This document shows positions 58,964 through 64,000 of a DNA stretch of 64,000 bases, one piece after another. Origin of the DNA: Azolla caroliniana (Eukaryota > Plantae > Polypodiophyta); assembly GCA_043228905.1 (NCBI GenBank), contig JBHGNT010000013.1, positions 6,262,001 to 6,326,000 on the forward strand. The letters run 5' to 3'. A program made the translations under genes and the position numbers. Each line of letters starts with the position of its first letter. The stretch's first letter is position 1. Under the pieces are notes generated by a model that did no database searches, was not told the DNA's origin, and was given only the letters and a program-made list of their open reading frames with translations.

Positions 58964-61900
58964 TGTCGCGAAGATGCGCATGCGTGTGTCACTCAAACGG
59001 GACCACTCTCTGACCAGGGAGGACGTTTACCAAGTTATCGAGAAACAATGTTACCCTTGACAAGATCAAAAGATTGATGATTATAAGAAGTATCAAAGAT
59101 GAAAGAAGATGAACAATAGAAGTATAATTATAAGAAGAATTTTATATTAATGATGATGATGACGACGACGGTGATTGTCACCTATTGACCCCCCCTTTTA
59201 CACAAGCCTTACAAGGGTTTTTATAGTTCTATCCATGCACAAAACCATGGGTTTGGACCCATGGTTTTTGGGCACACGGTTTTTCTTGTGGCATGCACAA
59301 AACCATGGGCTTGGAACATGGTTTTGTGCACACGGTTTTGTACGGTTGTTTTCCTATGCCTTTTGAATATGAAAAGAAATTTACACGGTTTTGTACGGTT
59401 TTGTATGGTAGTTGCCCTAATGGTAAGATAAATGTTTTTTATCTCGGAGGTGCAATGTTCAAATCTTGCTTGCACCCCTCTATATGCACTCGAATGCCAC
59501 TAGGCCCTAGGATAATTTTCATATTTATAATCGTTTATGTAATGTGCGTGGAACTACAATATTTCACAATTTCTCCCATTAGACATGCAACATCACGACA
59601 TCCACCCCCACCAAACCACACATCCTTCGGCATGTGCCAAGAAGAAAAGAGTGATGTGGTGGACTCAAAGGTGGTTGGCCTTTGATTTCTTTCTTTCTTA
59701 CGCCTCGCCTGCGTCGGCCTTTGTCCTCCATTTTGAGCACATGCATTCCTTCTACCCGATCCATCGTCGCCACCTGATCAACCATATCATTCGCTTGCCC
59801 TTCGCATTGCCATGACCACTTGGCATAGCCCCTTTTGCTCCTCCTGAGCGTAACCCTTCATGCATCGTACATGTGCCGCCTTCATCCTGACCATCTCCTT
59901 GGTCATCAAACTTCCTCTGATCGGCCTTTCTCGTCTCATGCTTGCCTTTCCTCATGCTCACTAGCCTCGACCGGGTGTCGCAGCTCGTCTGCTTCAACCT
60001 ACGGTTAGGTCGGCTCAACTTCTGTCTGGATCGGTCTCGACCAATCAACTTCTTGCTTGGTCAGCCTTCGTCCGGATTTGCATTCGGCCAAATCGGACTC
60101 AAACAAACGGCTTCCATCCGGGTCAGCTTCTGTCCAGGTTTCGGTTGGGTTGGGCCCAATTGATCAGTTCCCGTCTGGGTTGGCTTCCATTCGGGTCGAA
60201 ATACCAACCGCGTCATCTTCCATCCGGATTGTATTCCGGTTCTTCCTTTCTTGCCACTCTCTGGCTCTTCATCGAACTCTATTGTAGCTTTGTTTTTGGC
60301 CTCCTTGTTGGCCACCATTCCTCTGTATGTGTTGGCTTTGACCCTCATCTCCTCGCCGACACCTTCCATCTCTTCGGTCTTATGTTGGCTCTCGGACACA
60401 ACTGCCGAAGTCTTCGGAACTAGTGTGGAGGGATCCCTTTGTCTGTGGTCATTCACCTCGTCGTCCTCATTGTCGTTTCGGTCCTTCAATTTCCTGTCGC
60501 CACCTTCCGTCTCTCCGGTCTCACGCTGGCAATCAGGCACAATTGCCGAAGTCTCAGGAACAATTCTGGGGAGAACCTCGGTACCATCGGACACCGTCTT
60601 CTCATCCATAGCCATCTTTCGCTCAACGTTGTTATTCGCATTGTCTTCAAATTTGCTTCCCCACCACTTTCCGTCTCTTGGGTCTCATGTTGGCTCTTGG
60701 ACGCAACTGCCCAAGTCTCTAGATCAAGTGTTGGGAAAGTCTCAACACGGTCATCCGTAGTGGACTCTTCCATAGCCATCTGCAACTCGATGTCATTCCT
60801 CGTGGTTACCGCCTCAATCATGTCGACCTCGCACTCTTTACATCCCTCGATCACGCAAGCTTTGCTAATGCTTGCAGCTTCATCACTCAATATTTCGGAC
60901 ACAACATGTGTTCCGAAATGCTCGTCCACTCTTAAAGCAGCATTTCCCGCTCTCGAGTCTTCGGCCTTTCTCTTGACCGTAGTTCCTCCGTACGTCGAGA
61001 AGGTGGCTTGTTTCACACCTTCTCCCGTGGTATTGTCATAAAAAACTTGAGCCTTTGTATCGGCCACTTCATTAACCCATATTTGTTGGGAGGTCTCTTT
61101 TTCCTCAATTACCGTTCTCCATGGTTTTCACTCCATTTTAAGCTCCTCTTCAGCATCACCTTGCACCTTTATGTTCTTGAATGCTTCTCTCATTAAGGCT
61201 TCTATGTTGAGTATCGAATCTTTCCTCTTCGAGTTTTCTTCCTTCAGTGGTGGTGTATTGCATCTCGTTCTCCTTTGAACATCCCTCATGGGTCGCGTTG
61301 TTGTCGACGAGAATCTCGTCTTCCTCTCATCGTGTTGTCGGCATACCCTTTCCACTTTGGCCCAATCCTCGATGAGGCCATTTGCACCATCGTCATCCTT
61401 GAGTTGGATTCCAATGGCCTTCCTTTCATTCCGATCGATTGACTTTACAAATAGTAGAACTTTATTCACCCCTACCAATCTTCGATCCCACTCTAAGAGT
61501 TGAGCAAAGCGACACTCAAACTCAACGAACGCATCCATGGCACTCCGGTGGGTCTTCATCGATGACACCCATTGGTCGAACTTGTACAAACTTTGTCCCT
61601 TCGGTCTCTCATAGCCATATGCCTCCAATAGAGCCTCCTTGAAAGTCACCCACGAATCATGAGCTTCTTGAAGCTCTTTCACCTCTTTGTAGTTCGGTTC
61701 AGCCACCACCCGACAAAAGTACTCCAGCCTCATAGCTTCATTCACACCTCTCGAATCCATCTCGGCATTGTAGGTGTCTAGAAAAATTTGGACTATGCCC
61801 CCGTCGAAATAGCCGACTCGCTCGACCACGCTTTCGACGACTTGTTGGGCCGTATCTCGTCTTTTCCCTTCTCTCGAATATTCCGTTATCATCTTTGACA

Positions 61901-62090
61901 TTGCCTCCATGAGATATTCCTCGTCCATCTTCATCCTCCCCTACTGCTCTTCACGTCAGGTTCACCAAATGATGTCGCGAAGATGCTCGCGTGCGTGTGC
62001 AACTTGAGCGGGACCACCAGAGCCACGGACCAGGGAGGACGTTCACGAATTTGTCGAAAAGACGACGATGTGGATGTTACAGTTGAGGAA
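58964..62090 (-). mobile_element. Second, older gag-only Trp-primed LTR element
   Basis: 3' LTR 58964-59600 is preceded by ACGT. PPT is at 59601-59617, PBS at 61950-61967 and a partial 5' LTR starts at 61973. ORFs 61128-61934, 60486-61067 and 60061-60615 are homologous to ORF 48904-50949 (e.g. DDDGANGLIEDWAKVERVCR). Confidence 0.85.
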
Positions 62091-62511
62091 ACCAATGCCA
62101 CATTTAAAAAAAACAAAGATTTTTATGCAAAGAATGGAGATAGAGGAGGATGCCTCCGACCCCAACATTCCACTGTATTGGGTGACATTTGCAAGAAGGC
62201 CAGTGCCCCGGCCTAGCCCTGTCCAACATGGTGTGAGAAGAGAGAGAGAGAGGAGGGATTCTGATTATGTATGTATGTATGTATGTATGTATGTGGGTGG
62301 GTGTGTGTGGATAGGTAGAAGAGTGGCTTTTGCTTCTGTGTGTTGTTGATTCCCTCTTGGAAGTGAAGGGAAGGGGAAGGGGAAGGAAAGCGTCTCTCTG
62401 TTTCTCTCTGTGTGTGCACAACACAACACAACACAAGACTTCTTCCATCCACAACACAACACAAGACAAGACAAGACAAGAAAAGAAGAAGAAGAAGAAG
62501 AAGAAGGAAGA

Positions 62512-62895
62512 ATGACAGGGTCTGCAGCAGTAGAAGACGCAGCAGGAGCTGCTTCTTCATCTTTATCTTCATCTTCATCTTCATCTTTATCTTTATCTTC
62601 TTCTTCTCCTGCTCTTCAGCAGCAGCAGCCTCCTCCTTCTCTACAGCAGCGTTTCCAAGAGTTGCAAGTGAGCGTGAAGAGTGCTCTCCAAGGAGACGCT
62701 CTCAACGCATGGCTGCGCCAACAGCCGGCGGCGGTGGAGGTGGGCGTGAGCATGGCTGTGAGCGCGGTCCAAGGTGCGGCCCTCGGGGGACTCATGGGTG
62801 TGCTCGGTGGAGACCTCCGCAACTCCATGCCCACTCCCCCGTCTGCCGCCGCTGGATTGACCCCCGACGCCCTTTCCTCCCTTCAGCAAGCCCAG
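62512..62895 (+). CDS. Exon 1 of an HP30/TRIC-like Tim17/Tim22/Tim23-family organellar membrane protein
   Basis: WLRQQPAAVEVGVSMAVSAVQGAALGGLMG...SSLQQAQ, ending at a phase-0 CAG|GT donor at 62896. It resembles Arabidopsis HP30/HP30-2. Confidence 0.85.
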
Positions 62896-63628
62896 GTGTG
62901 CGTGCGTGCGTGCTTGCATTTCCCTCCCCCCACAAGTCTTGACCTCTTTTTGTTTCTGTTTCTCGAATGGTAGGAATCCAAAATCTGAAAAAACCAGAGA
63001 ATTAGCACTCATTGTCAAATATCCATCAATGTGGATTGACATATATGTATTTGTAATGCAGTCATTTTGATCATCACGTAACAATGTTGAATATTAATAT
63101 AAATATTATAGACATAAAATACTAGTATGAAGCTAAGGAAACATCATAACTTAGTTTGTATCTGATGAATTGAATTGCTAAGGAAGGTTTTCAATAACCT
63201 GTGTTACTAGTTTCTTCTCTAATGCTTTTCTGTATATTGCATAAAGAAACAAATTCTAGGGATTGAAATTAAGGTTTAGATGGAAGTTTGTTAAGAGTAT
63301 GCTAATTTCTCGATATATAGCCATGAGTTCCAGACTCATGCATATACATAGGAATGTACTACTTTATACAGTATGCCTAATTACACAATACCTATCTTGA
63401 TCACAATGGAAAGATTAAAGTGTTTTTTTTTTTTTTTTTCCATCCACTCAATATAGGTTTATTGGAAGTGGAACATGGTAATATATGAACTTATGTGCAG
63501 ATTTAGGATGCTCAAACATTTAGTATATTTGCTCTTTCAATCTGTATCAATAAAAATTCCTTCTCTTATCCTTTTATGTGCATGCGATATAGTATTGATC
63601 TGGAAACTTCTATTACTTTTTTGCCTAG

Positions 63629-63747
63629 GCACTGACTGGAGGGCCATTGATTCAAGCAAGGAATTTCGCTGTAATGACAGGGGTGAATACTGGCATTTCG
63701 TGTGCTATGAAAAGGGCGAGAGGTGGTGTAGAGGATATCCAAACAAG
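63629..63747 (+). CDS. Exon 2 of the HP30/TRIC-like gene (gene continues past the window)
   Basis: Polypyrimidine-ctag acceptor, translation ALTGGPLIQARNFAVMTGVNTGISCAMKRARGGVEDIQT and an AG|GT donor at 63748. Confidence 0.88.
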
Positions 63748-64000
63748 GTGTGATTGTTAAGACATATGGGTTGCTATTTCATACTATATGTATTGGCTTT
63801 GTGGCCACAAATGAGAGGCAGTGCTATGCCCCATAGATTTCAAAGACCTGGTAGAAAATCATCCCTTCAGGATTTTGGACTGTCCCATTTGCCATCCTCA
63901 ATTATACATTGGCAGGCAATATATATCTATATAAAATCTTTTAAGTTACAGAACTACATCGTCATACAGTGAAAATATGTATTAAAATAGTAAGTTTCAG

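Noticed and set aside
62410-62973. 187-aa ORF as a complete single-exon gene
   Set aside because: It includes 5' UTR repeats and intron read-through. The spliced model starting at 62512 fits HP30 homology.

Overview
Eukaryotic land-plant nuclear DNA. The gene and TE types suggest a fern or other non-seed plant, but this is inference. Two host genes bracket about 60 kb of nested transposons: an intronless VQ-motif gene (1386-2105, minus) and the first two exons of an HP30/TRIC-like Tim17-family gene (from 62512, plus). Between them lie several tRNA-iMet-primed Ty1/copia elements (A nested in the LTR of B, plus C, D, E and a Tnt1-like gag fragment), solo LTRs, MITE-like elements, a gypsy-like gag remnant and one intact L1 LINE. 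Two structures stand out. (1) A 12.4-kb element (21288-33703) with an exact 8-bp TSD and imperfect bipartite TIRs. It shows no transposase but carries host gene pieces (ribosomal protein P3, an IQD fragment with its intron, a PPR motif) and a LINE fragment, i.e. a Pack-type gene-capturing DNA transposon. (2) A family of gag-only LTR retroelements (48175-51694, 58964-62090, solo LTR 43791-44361). They use a tRNA-Trp PBS, sit at ACGY sites with 4-bp TSDs where both ends are visible, and carry an antisense tRNA-like Pol III A/B-box module inside each LTR. All calls come from reading the sequence by eye; no database searches were run.
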